NCBI GenBank assembly: GCA_051294375.1
Contig: CM119263.1
Location: 24,285,657-24,349,656, forward strand
Direction: 5' to 3'
Source: Paraspadella gotoi
Lineage: Eukaryota; Animalia; Chaetognatha
DNA length: 64,000 nucleotides
A model generated the notes under the pieces. That model did not search any database and was not told where the DNA came from. It worked only from the letters and a program-made list of their open reading frames with translations. The position numbers and the translations under genes are program-made. Positions 12,126 to 25,200 of this stretch are shown here, in pieces. Each line of letters opens with the position of its first letter. Positions within the stretch are counted from its first letter, which is position 1.

Positions 12126-15100
12126 TTAAACGGAATGAGCACGGAAGAGTTTTCGAAATTTTTGAGCCGGGTAAGTAAAGCCCTGAACAGTTATTTTAAG
12201 ATCAACAAACAATTTTTCTAATTTTACGGAATTCAAAACATCCATTTCCAACCTATGAGAAAAATTAGGTACATATATACTCTTTATAGTTTTTTAAATC
12301 ATATATAAATTTGTGGAAAAGATAATAATTACTTTCTTTCTGGAGACATAGAGAATTCGTCAGGTCCTTGTGTACCCGAACAACCGCCACAATGGAGGTG
12401 ACTTGAATATCCTATTAGATCAAGATTTAGCAGAGAAAAAGTAATTAACAGCCATATCTTCTAACCTGGATGAACCATCCATTCACATGATAAGACTTCG
12501 TTTTGACCAAATGTTCTTTCAACGTTTTTAATTGCCTTTTTAATGTGAGGCAAAGTCATATCATACCTAAAGTAACAAATGACAACAAAATTTTTATCGG
12601 CTTTCAAAACAAATAAAAGTTTAAAAAACAATTTTGGATCCATCCACAACATTTTTAAAATTATCATATTTTTAAAAAATATCTTTTTATAATTTAATTC
12701 TCTGAAAAGGTAAACAATTTACCGACTCAACTAGGAGTTGACCGACAGACGGACAAAGTAAATTATAGAATATAGAGTCAGGCCTAAAAATTTTTACCCT
12801 GTCAAAGATAACCCAATAAAGGCGCGTGTAAAATAAATTTTCTGTTGAGTAAAGATGATTTTTGCATATTTGGAATCTTGACAAACCGCAAGATAAAAAA
12901 CAAGTCTTTCTCGGGGTTCTATCCAATCCGCAAATCGGATATCAAATTCGTAGGGTAAACGGGTTTCGACGATAAGGTTCTTTTTCAAACAGGACGCAAA
13001 AACCTTCGGATTTAAAAATATTCTTATATGTCATCACAACCAAATCAATGAAAAGAATTTAATCACCCGTGCAATAGGTGGAATCACATGAACGTGCTGG
13101 TGACCATCCACAAAAGGAGGACTAATAACATAAATTTATTCCAACATCAAATAAGTCATGCAAAGACCGTAAGAGAAGAAGATTTACCTGTGACCAAAAA
13201 AATGCCGGTAAATAGCTATTTGCGCCTCAAGTTCAACTTCCACCTCCTTGAAGTCGATGCAATTTCGTTTTAGAGCCTCGCGAAAGCCATGTTTCCCCAA
13301 AAAAACTCCGGTTTTTGCATTAAGAAGAGATTGCACAATGTGAGTTGCTAAAACAAAATTAGATATTAGGTATACTTCTTCAGGGTGTATATATAAAAAT
13401 ATTAAAATTATAGAGATCACACCAAACGTTACTCTCAAAGAAAATTAATAAAAAAATCCCCCCCCAAAAAACGAATGATTGATGCAATAACCAATTATTG
13501 TTGCGATAACGAATTATTAATGCATGACAAATTATTGATATGATGATACCAAATTATTGATGTGATGATGACAAATTATTGATATGATGATACCAAATTA
13601 TTGATGTGATGACGGAATGATAAGGAAAATGTTTTAAAAAACAAGTTTGAGCAAACAATGTCGGATCTGCCCACGATCATTATCGGTAATTAATTAATTA
13701 ATAAATAAATAATTATTTAATTAATTAATAATCAATTTATTCAAGTTAATTATTTAATTAATTATGCTAATTAATTTGATCCAAAATGTTTTTTTGATTA
13801 ATTAACTGATTAATTAATTGATTAATTAATTGACTAATTGATTAATTAACTAATTAATTATTTGATTAATTAATACATCTTGTATTTACATTTAAAATAA
13901 AAATAAAAAGAAGCATAATCAATTAATGAAACAGGTTCTTTTTTTTTCCATTTAAACTCATTTCCACTCAAACGATTCCATCGAAACTTGATTTCCAGTT
14001 TAATCACACACTTTTCTACCCAAATACAAAATTTCAAGTCAATCGCCCCATCCACTCATGAATAATTAGTGTTCAAATAGTGAAATATATTTTTTTTTCC
14101 ATTTAAACTTATTTCCACTCGGACGATTCCATCGAAACTTCATATCCAGCTCAATCACACACTTCCCTACCCACACACAAAATTTCATTCCAATCCATCC
14201 ATCCAATCACGAGTAATTGGTGTTTTTTGCTAAGGTGGGATGGACGGACGGATGGACAGATGGACATCGTTTTTTTTTACATAATTTATCATAATTCGAT
14301 GTTCTGATATGATTGAGGGGGCGGACCGACAAAGTGAATTATAGAGTCGGGATCTGCTGAAAGCAGATCCGACTAAAAATACAATAAATCAATAAAACGA
14401 AATGAAATGAATGAAATAAAATAAATGAAATGAATCGCATAAAATGAATCAAATGAAACGAATCAAATGAAATGAATCAAATGAAATGGTTGTTTGAAAA
14501 CAAAACAATACAAAGAGTTTAAAAAAATTTCTGAGCGGGCAATGGAATTTCTAAAAAATTCGTTTGGCGATTTTATTTTCTTTCTTATATAATAATACTA
14601 AGGATCTCCACTTTATTTTAAAACTAACTGGTACAAAATTAAATCTTAAAATGAAATACTACTCCACAAAATTATTTGCAATTTACAAAATAATTTAGAT
14701 AATTTAGATTTGGACAACAATTGGGTTAACAGAAAACAAGCTTGAGCAAACAATGTCGGTTCTGCCCACGATTAGTAGCGGTAATTAATTAATTAATACA
14801 AACTATATAAACTAAAATAATAATTTAATTAATAAATTATTTTATCCGTAATGTTTGTTTTTAGGTATTTTCGTCACTGACCACGACAAAAGCAACGACG
14901 ACGACGATGGCGACGACAATATTGCCAATAAAGATTGACTTGATTGATTGTTTAATTGATTAAATAATTAATTAATTTATAAATAAATTGATTGAATAAT
15001 TAAAAAAAGTAAACCTCGCGCAGAAACTTGTGGCAGCTTACCACTTATCGGTCGGCCTTCGGTCAAATTAAAGTGTAAACCAACAGGGATTTGATTCTCT

Positions 15101-15736
15101 TTCGACAACCTGACGGCGTGAACTGCAAATCGTCCATTCATTAACATCGTTGTGCGACTTATTTTTCCTTTTTTGAAAAGTTCTGATAAAGGAAATGAAA
15201 ACGATAAAGTTTTTCTTTGGACATTAGTGACTGGGACAAAATAGGTTATTTTGTAGTCGGGCATTGTATAAGTTCACCCCGCCTATAAGCATGACACCTT
15301 CAGTCGTGACCCCGTGGCTCATTGAGCAATATCATCAGCTCATATTGGAGGGAAAATATTGCTGACCGTCCATGAGAATCCGATTTCAATCCACGAGAAT
15401 CCACGATTTCCATTCGCGAGATTCTGCTTCCAACACTAATGACCATTAGGTACCGGGATCGATCCTTAATAGTACCTACGGAAAGCGTGAGGAAGACTGT
15501 AAACCGCCCTGGAGGCCTGGAAAACACCTAAGCCTGGTTCCAATCCCAGGACCTCTTCCATTGCTGCTAGGGGGGTTAAAGAAGTTGCTTCAGCCCACTA
15601 AGCACCTTTTCCACAATTTATTTGGTGATTATATAATTTGTACTAATTTTACAAAATTAATTCATAGCTCACCAACTATTCCAAGATTTCTTCGTGGACA
15701 GTATCCAAAATCATCGGCGGTTATCATCAACTTCAT
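12126..15736 (-). CDS. YDJC: YdjC/ChbG-like carbohydrate deacetylase (multi-exon)
   Basis: Motifs MKLMITADDFGYCPRRN, VGLHFNLTEGRP, DGHQHVH and EWMVHPG. Confidence 0.85.
13895..14380. mobile_element. HINE/DINE-1-like element (family B) in a YDJC intron
   Basis: ~140-bp internal tandem duplication, GGAC/GGAT microsatellite, terminal palindrome AGTCGGGATCTGC-TGAAA-GCAGATCCGACT followed by an A-run. Confidence 0.5.
15260..15605 (-). mobile_element. Putative tRNA-derived SINE in the first YDJC intron
   Basis: GC-richer island. The minus strand begins with A-box-like TAGTGGGCTGAAGC and B-box-like GGTCCTGGGATTGGAACC, then several hairpins. Single copy in the window. Confidence 0.4.
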
Positions 15737-15951
15737 TTCGAACCCCTTATTTTGCAGTCAAATAAAACAAACATATAAATTAAATCTAAACAATTGAAAA
15801 CAAAAATTGAGCAGATTCAATTTAAATCGGCAATTTTGAACTTTAAAAAAAACTAAGTTTTTTCATGATTTGAATTGATAAAATCGAGTTTCCGGTTTTT
15901 TGTTTTTGTTTTTTTTTTTTTTAATAATTTTACGTCGACGCCCTGGCAGAT

Positions 15952-18400
15952 TTACCGGAGCCACTCCGACGCTTTTGCCAACCAGATAACCACAGAGTCG
16001 TACGCGATTTGTAACGTTTCTACCGAGACTGCCCACCATTTGGCTATGGACTCATTCTCCTCAAGCGTTGATTTGACGTTCGTCGAGTAGGTGATGACCA
16101 CGCTCCAGACTTCAGTCAAGTGATCTATCACCGCCGTCATAAACAGTCGCGCATAATGTGTTCCCGTGTTCCAGGTACCCGACAGAGACTTCTCCGCTGA
16201 CTCCCTCCAACCAGGGGCTTGTCCGTCCAAAAACGCCATGCCCGACTCCCAAGCTCCAGCAACTTGTCGAAAGAAAACCAAAATCAGTTGCCCAGCAAAA
16301 AGGAGCGTAGCGTAGACGTATTCTTGAAACAATAGCGCGTAAGGGGCGATCAGGTCCACGCTTCGAGAGTAAACGAATGGAAGGTCGACGCTGACCCATT
16401 CGCGGATGACGCGCTGCAAGTGGGAGGCATTGGCGAGAACTTGATCAAGTTGGGAAGAAAATCCAGCATCGCGAAGGAAGCGAAATGTCATCGACTCTTC
16501 CGCATCGCCCTTGGCAACGATCACGATATCCAATGCAAAGAAGCTGAGCATTAGAAAAAGGAATCGCATCAGCCACTTTTTCCCGCGGCCAACAGCGGAA
16601 CTTTCCTCAATGGCGGAAACCGTTCGTTCGTGGAGAGGTCGGCAGTTTTCTTCGCAAAGGCGAAGCCCAACCGGGTCTTGCTTAGAGCCAGCACCTCTCA
16701 ATTCTTCATTAGTAACTTCAAAAGATTTGACAGTCTCTTTCAAGCGCGCCTTGTCGATTTTCTCGGTCGCCTTCGACCCCTGGCACTCGACGAGGTGCTT
16801 AAGAAGAGCTCCGCTCTGGGGCAAGTGTTTGGTGTAAAGTTCCCTCCACACGGAGAACGATTTGGGATCTTGTACCAAGCAGGTTGTCAATGAGGAAAGA
16901 TATGCTCCTTTAAGAGGGCCGTTCGTATCGGCGCGGCTTAAGTAGGACGGAAAATAAGTATGGAGCGAAGCTGACGGATCTGCCCCATAGGCCATTGACT
17001 TGAGTTTGGGTAAAATAGATTTGCTTAATTTTCTCATTTCCACCGAAGTGATGCAAGTTGGGTTCGACTGATTGAAGAAATCCAGAAGTGTGAAGTATCC
17101 CGTCAATCCCAGAGACTTGGTTCCCATATGAAGATGCTTCGAATGAATGTTGAGGATCAGATCGAAATGCGCCAGTATGAAAGGTGCCAAATGACGCGTT
17201 GAGATCGAGGGAAACATAATCTCGAAAAAGACACGTATTCCCGTCGCCAAATCTTTGTGGCCAGACTGGCCTATAACCCACAAAACTGCCAGACATCGCA
17301 AAGGTCGGCCTTGATTTTCGCACAAAATTTCTGAAAACTTTGCTAAATCCCCCAGAACGTTGGTCGGCGACATGTAGGCCAATAGCTGAGCGGTTATCTG
17401 ATAGCCGTAAATGGACAAGCCCTTGCTAAGATCCGTCACCATGGACTGGACACAGTGGTGGAAAAAAATTTCTAAAACGTTGTTGGTAGTGCTCTGCAAA
17501 GTCTTGACGACGAGCTGCTTGATGCCTGGTGGAAGCTCGGACGACGGAAAGTCGGCCCTCTCGTTTGGATGCGTCGGGTCCTCGAGAGGAACCTCCTCAA
17601 AATGAACGTTGAGAAAACTTGCCATATCTTTAAGCCAAAGCAAGGTCGAATTGGGAAAAGCCCGTTTGGATTGGCTCAAAGCCTTCTCCAAACTCTCGGG
17701 CGTCAGACTCTTCATCGCGGCGGCCAAAGTCGGAGGTTTAGTCGGTTTCCCGGATTTCTCGCTTTTCTTCTTTCCTCCGCCACCATCTGGCCGAGGGCTC
17801 GCTTTCGAAGAGACGCTGAAATCCAAACGAAAAGAATTCATTACCACCTCGAAAATATAAACTTACTCGTGTGGCGAATCCTAAATTCGGCTCGCGTATA
17901 GCTTGGTGAAACTCAGCTCGTCCTATTGGCTTGGACATCTAAGTACTCATTCATCAACCGTGAGTTCCGGGTTCGATTCCCTCACGGTCACGCTGGTTAA
18001 GTGTGATGGTGTCGGCATAAACACGCCAGTGACACTGCAGGTCCAAAGACCTGAGCGCCTGCTATCGGGAGATTCTCAATCTCCGTGCATCACACCTGTC
18101 TCTCTAGTTACTAGTTACTTTTAAGATTCGTTTCAAAGCTTTGTATAACACATTAACACATTATGGTGAAACTTACGCGTCATCGCCACTTCCTTGATTT
18201 TTTGCCCTTTTGTCCTTGACGTTAGAAAAGGCCTCGAACATAGTGGGCGTCTCTTTGACGGGTTGGAGGTGAACCAAGTCTTCAATCTTGGTCATGGTCT
18301 CCAGTGCCGGAATAGCGCGCTTTCTGTCAGCCTTAGGCAAACTACCACTTTTTTTCGCTCGTGAACTGACAACAGTCTCCCATCGACCCACGTTTGCCAT
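15952..18400 (-). CDS. TMEM214: Transmembrane protein 214 (2 exons; intron about 17816-18176)
   Basis: N-terminus MANVGRWETV; motifs LLWLKDMASFLN, VLWVIGQSG, LHTYFPSYLSRA and WRELYTKHLPQS. Confidence 0.85.
17870..18123 (+). mobile_element. SINE-like element with tRNA-like T-arm and twister ribozyme, in the TMEM214 intron
   Basis: B-box GGGTTCGATTCCC inside stem ACCGTGAG/CTCACGGT, then the twister fold, hairpin GGAGATT-CTC-AATCTCC and a (TAGTTAC)2 tail. Confidence 0.55.
17991..18057 (+). ncRNA. Type-P5 twister ribozyme candidate (T2 variant)
   Basis: CGCT GGTTAA GTGT GA TGG TGTCGGCA TAA ACAC GC CAGT-GAC-ACTG CAGG T CCA AA GA CCTG AGCG. Perfect P2 ACAC/GTGT, T1 CCA/TGG, P4 CAGG/CCTG. L4 reads AAGA instead of AAGC. 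Confidence 0.7.
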
Positions 18401-18620
18401 TTTATCAATGATTTTTAACAGATTTTAAGAGAACTAAAATATGAAAACCGATAATGTTATAATTTAAAACTTTTTTCCGAATTCAAAAACAACGAAGAGA
18501 GACTAAACACTAGGCCGGAACAGGTTGAAAACTAGAAGTTCTCTCAATAAATAATGATAAAGTGACTGTTAGAGAATATGAAAATAAAAATAATTTTAAA
18601 AAATTATCCTATTAATAAGC

Positions 18621-18994
18621 GCACGGAAGCATTTAAAGATTATTTTATTACTATATATAGTTAAAAAATATTTTTGAATTTTTTAATTTTTTTTAATGGA
18701 TTCTGATAGAGCTTTAAAAGTTAGATAAAGGTTATTAATACAAATTTTAAAAATTTTTTGTTTTATTGATAAAAATTTTAAAAAACTATAAAATTCAGCC
18801 AATGATGATGATGATGATGATTTTTTAACGTTTTTTCTGTTTTTAACCAATTTCTTGTCAAAATTTTAAAAAATTGTAGTACTAACTTTCATTTAACTTT
18901 TCATGCTCTATAGAATCCGTTCTTAAAAACTAATTTTTTTAAAAAAATTTTTGTCATTTGTTATATATTAATAAATATTTAAAAGCTTCAGTGC
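18621..18994. mobile_element. AT-rich foldback/MITE-like element
   Basis: Termini GCACGGAAGC...GCTTCAGTGC and internal inverted arms GGATTCTGATAGAGC / GCTCTATAGAATCC. Confidence 0.5.
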
Positions 18995-19458
18995 AACAAC
19001 CCAATGAACTAATTCAAAAAGTTGCATTGAAAATCGATTTAGTAATAGAAGGAAAAAAAGAATTTTTTTGAGAGAATTAAAAGTTATAAAAAGTGTTCAA
19101 TTTTGGCTCGCCTTACTAAACACAGACTAAAATAAAAATACAATAACACAAATAAAATAAAGAAATGTATTAGAATTTAGTCGTAGTGGATTGTTTAATG
19201 CCCTGAACAATGCTATACCGAATCAAATTTTTTTAAAAATAAGTGAAAATAAAAATAAAATTTTCATTATAAACTTTAGATAAAAAGAAAGAACAAAATT
19301 AATTGTGACTTGTATAAATAAAATTACTTCTGACATAAACTGCAATTTTATTTAATTCTAGATTGAAAGAATATAAGATTGTAATTGCCAATAATAATAA
19401 TAATAATAATTACCAAAATAAATTATAAACTAGATAAAAACAAACATGTTGAAGCGTG

Positions 19459-21849
19459 TCACCATGACTTTTTTCTCGATTTACGTTTTTTACTTGTCTT
19501 ATCCGTGCTTTTGTTTTTTTTAATCGACAATCTCCTAATGAGAATGATTGAGGTAGGCAAGGTAAGACGACCCGTCGATATTAAGGGATGGTTGTGGTTT
19601 TGCACTCCAAACTTATATGAACCTCCGTTAATGATGCGATGTCGGCTTTGATCATTCACAGTAGTAAAAGATACTAAAAAAAATTCAATCAATTAGTAAT
19701 AGTTGGACGTTTTGGTAATCCTTCTTTACACAATGACAATGTAAAAGAATTTTTAACCATGTTCCCAAATTAAATTATAAAAGACAAGATAAGACGGTCG
19801 TCAGCTGTTACCTGGACAATCATTTTTTAAAGAAAGGCAAATCCAAGACTCGACAACAATATTTTTCCATGCAATTTTTGAAGAAAGAATAAATTCGAAT
19901 CCGTCCAGAACGGCTCTTAAAATAAGAATATTAGATTAATCTAGAAATTATATTTAAGAAGAAAAAAATCCGAACCTGTAATGTAAATTTCCAAGACCAA
20001 CAGCGGACTTTTCAATTGCTTCATTACATATGAATTTGGCAGTTTCTTCCAGCGAAAACTCATAAATAATGGGAATTCCTATTTTTAGTTTACTATCATC
20101 GAAGCGTTTTATCACAGACGACCGGTTTTTACATCGTGTACTTGAATTAAAAATAAGAGACTTTTTATGATTTTCGGAAATTGATCTGCTTTCTACATAG
20201 TCTTTACAAAAATCGGAGGTCGAAAGTCTTACGTCATCACCTTCCTCGCAATCATCACAATTCTCAGTAAAATCCCACGATCCAGAGTCGTCGAGCTCAT
20301 CAGCGAGCACACGAGTTTCCGCGTCAATAGGATAGGCCCCAGCATCAGTAATGCTCAACAAACCTTCGAAAGAAGGACCTTGCAATTTGTTCTCAAACAC
20401 TCGTAATCTGCGAACGCAATTGTCGCACTTCTTGTTATGGGAGCAATCCTGACATGTTTGACCTGAGGACGCAAATCGTGAAATTGACGTGGAAACAATC
20501 TTAGAATTAATAGCGGTACTGTCGGGATAATCTTCCTGAGAAAAACTTTTGTCAATTTTTTTGGATCTGCCAGATTTATGCACCGATCTTTGGCCAAAAG
20601 GTTTAACAACATCCTGGTGTAATTTTAGGTGTTGCTTTTTTTGCTTTAAATTATGAAAGGTTTCTCTTTCACACTGTTTAAAAGGGCACGAATGAATGTC
20701 TTGGATATGCGCTTCTAAGCTTTCTTTAGTAAATAATTTAGAATTTAATTCGTGCTTAACACAAACGACACATTTGTAATCTTTAAGGCTTATATTTTTC
20801 TTTTTTGATAACTGCCCTCCGAGTCCTATATGGATATTAGAGCAGGATAAAACTGAGTTATCTTCAAATCGTTGTTTCGATTTCTGTTGGGATGAAGCAT
20901 CTGTAGTACTTATAGAAGGTGGAGAGGGCACAACAGAATTCTCTTGTGGCGTTGTTAAAAGTTTTTTTGCCGTCACATTTTCTTTCGTGGTTGAAAACCC
21001 TTTATTAAGACTCAAAGAAATACCACCATGCATCCGGTGTTCCAGAACATGAGCACTAGCTTTTGAAAAAAATCCATAACAAATGAGGCACCCATGTACA
21101 AGGTCCAAATGCTTAAAAAACAGGCTTCGCTCGATGATAACCGTACAGAAAAAACAACGGATCTTTGTTGAAGGAAAATTACTAATAAATTTCATAAGAT
21201 TGGATAAAAGAAACTTGCTTTGAGATTCCACATGTTTAGTCCGAATGTGAGAAGGCAAAAAGTCGAACGTATATTCGTTCCTACAGTATGAACATTTGCG
21301 AAGAATGGTGGTTTGAGTATTTTTGTTACACGAAGAATGAAAAATTTTTTTATGGCCAGTTATATCAGCGAAGAAACCGCAGCAATGTCGACAGATATGT
21401 TTAATCCAGTAATGTTTTCTCATAGCGACGGAGTCAATTTTTTCTTCACAAAACGAGCATAAAAGAATTTTGGGCGTGACAAATAGCTTCGGAAAGTTTT
21501 CGATCGCTCTTTCAATGGAAGATCTTTCAAAATGGCCATTGTCCAAATTTGGATTGCCTTGTTCGGATACTCTTTCAGTTAAATCACACGAAGAGCATCG
21601 AAGAAGACCACAATTACGGCAAAACTGATCCTCTGTTGATTCAGAAGTAGTTACGAGTTCCGATACTTTCACGTTATTTTTTATGTTAATAAAATCGGTT
21701 TCTCTTGATACTTCTTCACTTGATCTAGAAACAAGTAAGGACTTATCTTCCTCAAACGTTTGCCCGCTGATTTTCTCGAGAATCGAAGTTCGGGATAGAT
21801 TTTCGTCTATACTTTTAATCAAAACGTTTTTCCCGCAATTTTGTTCCAT
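19459..21849 (-). CDS. Cys/His-rich C2H2-type zinc-finger protein, family not recognised
   Basis: 631-codon ORF with repeated CxxC-x11/12-HxxxxH units (e.g. CSYC...HIRTKH, CFFC...HLDLVH). Probable extra 3' exons to about 19459. Confidence 0.6.
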
Positions 21850-22295
21850 TTTTTTTACGTTTTTTAAATTGAATGATTATCACATTTCGTACTTCCTACA
21901 AAAAAATAGTTGTGAAACTAATAAATAAAAAATGGCAAAAGTTGTTGCAACTATTTCAACAAACAGATTAAAATTTCACATTTTAAGGATATAGCAATAC
22001 CTTTATTATTGCCAATTATTAAAAAAACATTAAAAAAAAGCATGTGACAATACAAAATAAGTATACTTTAATATATTTTTAGAGAATGTTATCACGTCGT
22101 TTTAGAAAATGAAAATGGTTTTGAGTACACAGAATTACTTACGTCATCAAAAAATATGAATGTAATTCAATAATATGACCAATGAATGAATACACGAACG
22201 TTGTTGGCAGTTTGATGGCTCCAAAAGGGCAATTGTTCTCTAAGCAGAAGAGTTTCGAAAATGTTTAGCAGTAATCGATATCGATTTCAGCATTT

Positions 22296-25200
22296 TTATT
22301 TATAAATCGTCTCCGGATTTCCAGATTTTAATGCAGAATATCTTGCCGCCGTAAAAAGGTAATCGCTGAGTCTATTAAGAAAAATAAGCGGATCTTTTTC
22401 CATTTCACCGTTGGAAACCAACGAAACGACACGACGCTCGGCTCGCCTATTAATTTAAGAAAATAACTGACATATTTAGCCAAATAAATTATTAAATTAA
22501 AAAACTTACCTACAAATAGTTCGGGCAACGTGTAACGAAGCTGCAATTTTACCACCAGAAGGAAGAATAAAATTTGTCAGCGGCGGTAATTCCAAAGTCA
22601 TCGCGTCGATCCACTCCTCTAATCTTATAACTGTTGTTTTTTCAAAATCGCCAACATGCTAAAGACAACAACTTTATTAAGTTCGTTTTCAATGAAAGTC
22701 GTACGGTACTGCTAATTTAAATATTAAAACGTAACGGAAAATTTGTTGTCATAAAGCATACAGGCGACCCAAAATTTATTACTTTTTCTTATTCAGAGTT
22801 CTGGAATTCAAAATTGTTTGTTCAATACTTGTCCTGTACTAAATCGATTTGTACTACGACTTTTTTATTTAGTAGCATATCCAAACATTGAAGGATCTAA
22901 ATGTTTATTGATACATAGGCAATGAAAAAAAATTTATAAATATAGTTATTGCAAACAATTGCTTACTTTTTTGTGGGCATCTTTGCGAGATGACTTAGGT
23001 GTTGCGACATGACTAGCAACGTCCTGGAGCGTGCATTGAATAAACTGCAGTTGATGGGAAAGATCGATTGCGTCGTTTGACGTGAAAATAGAGTTTTCGA
23101 GGCAATGTTCTCTCCCTGTCAAGCAAGAGAATAAAAGAGAAAAAAAGATCAGGGGACAAAGTCAAGCAACTACGTCCACATGCCTAATTTTACGAGTTCA
23201 ATCCTAATTAGCCTGGCAAGCTTCATATGGGACGGGTTGGAATATCTTTACAAAACCTTGGGAATATTACCTTGGTACCAAAATAAGAGATTTGAGATAG
23301 AACGATTTTTTGTCTACAAAGCCAAAAGGTTCGTAATAAAAATCGGGTTACTCCAATATGCAAATGAGATTAACGTTTCACAGTAATATTTTAATTTAAT
23401 AAAAACTTATTAATCTTATATAAAAAATTAAATAAATATAATAAAATCGAATTTAAAAGCTAGTATATATAGTTTGATCAGCAGATAGGATAAAAAAAAT
23501 AATATTAAGCACTAAAAAGCACATGAAAATACTGTTGCAATGAAGGTTTTTGTAACTTAATCTTGAAAGATAGTAAGACAGTGAACAATGACAAAAAGCT
23601 ATTGAGACAGAGAGAGATACAGTTCAATCAGTTTTTTTGTTTTTCTCATAACCATTTTGGTACTGATTACTTGAATCATATCAAAATACTTTAATAGCAA
23701 GGATTCGTTAGAAGCTTTCCTTTCCAGCGCTCTCTTCAATTAACTTCATGATTGTTTTTGTGATTCTCTCCGTCTTTGTCATAGTTATTATACATCACTA
23801 GGAAAAGAGTGAGCATTATCATTTTATTTGAGCTAATAATATATGACAGTAAAAAAATTAATATTATTTAAGAATTTTAATTTTGGGGCCACTTGGAGGT
23901 AATTAAAAAAGCGAGGGTAAATCTTTCATTTGTCATGGGTTAGGTTCAGTTTTATCAAATTCTAACTTTTATTACTTTACACTATTATAAAGCCTATATC
24001 TAAAAATAATACTTTTGGGTCAATCTGTGTCTTTCTCTCTTTCTCTCTCTCCCTTTCTCTCTCTTAGTCTCTCTCTATATTTCGTATTTGTTTTCAGAAA
24101 AAACTTTTATTCTTGTTAAATCTTTTACCATGATAATAACTTAAAAAATAATTCAAAATATTTAGCAAAAATATACTTTTTGTACTTGCAAATACAATTA
24201 TGTCAAAATTATATTGTGGGAATAAATAAACGAGTTTGTGAAAGAGTCTTGATTGAATGCTTACAAGGAACCGCTCTGTCATTATCTTGTACACTACGGC
24301 GCAAAGAAAACCACTTTTTCATATCGAAAAAAACCGTATTGGATGGCTGAATTTTACAAAGATATAGATACATAAAATAAAGCTTATTAAATGATAAAGC
24401 GATTGGTACAAGTCCCAATAAAATCGAGCAAAGTGTTCGAAAGTTAGAGGACGACAAAGTCGATTGGTACAAAAATCGTCAAAAAGAGTCAATGACTTTT
24501 CCCTATTAAAAGTGTTTATAATATGAAATTGGTACAACCAATATAAAAATTATCCATTCATTTAATAAATAAGCTATCTTTCTCCTGACTTTGGATAGGC
24601 TTTGTGGTTTAAGGCCTCCATCACAGCATCACTCTTACAAGATAATGACATGTCTCGTTTATTCACTCCCAGAGTACCTGGTTTCCCTATCAATGAAGTG
24701 GTATAATGTTTCAAAGAATGTTTCAATTGTATGAAATGACCACTCCCTTAAGTATTAGATCGGGGAATACTATGAAATTGGTACAACCAATATAAAAATT
24801 ATCCATTCATTTAATAAATAAGCTATCTTGTCCCTGACTTTGGACAGGCTTTGGTGGTTTAAGGCCTCCATCACACTTACAAGATAATAACATAGCAGGT
24901 TTCTGCAAGCTTTCAATCAAGACTCTCTCACAGTCTTATTTATTCACTCCCAGTGAACCTGGCTTTCCTATCAATGAAGTGGTATAATATTTCAAAGAAT
25001 GTTTAAATTGTATGAAAAGGACCACTATATTATACTCTACTCAGCATCAAAATACAAGGAGCTGAATTTTATGAAATTGGTACAACCAATATAAAAATTA
25101 TCCATTCATTTAATAAAAAAGCTATCTTGCCCTCACTTTGGATAGGCTTTGGTGGTTTAAGGCCTCCATCACTCTTACAAGATAATGACATAGCAGGTCC

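Noticed and set aside
15436-15490. Hammerhead-like CTAATGA...stem...GAAA on the plus strand
   Set aside because: The core is CUAAUGA rather than CUGANGA and no helix I can be formed.
15400-15530. Possible HDV-like fold (minus) or twister-like TAA...CCTAAGC (plus)
   Set aside because: For HDV, L3 is too short and there is no P1. For twister, there is no P4 stem.
22328-23386. Separate gene between the zinc-finger gene and MMAB exon 1
   Set aside because: These segments are the downstream exons of MMAB.
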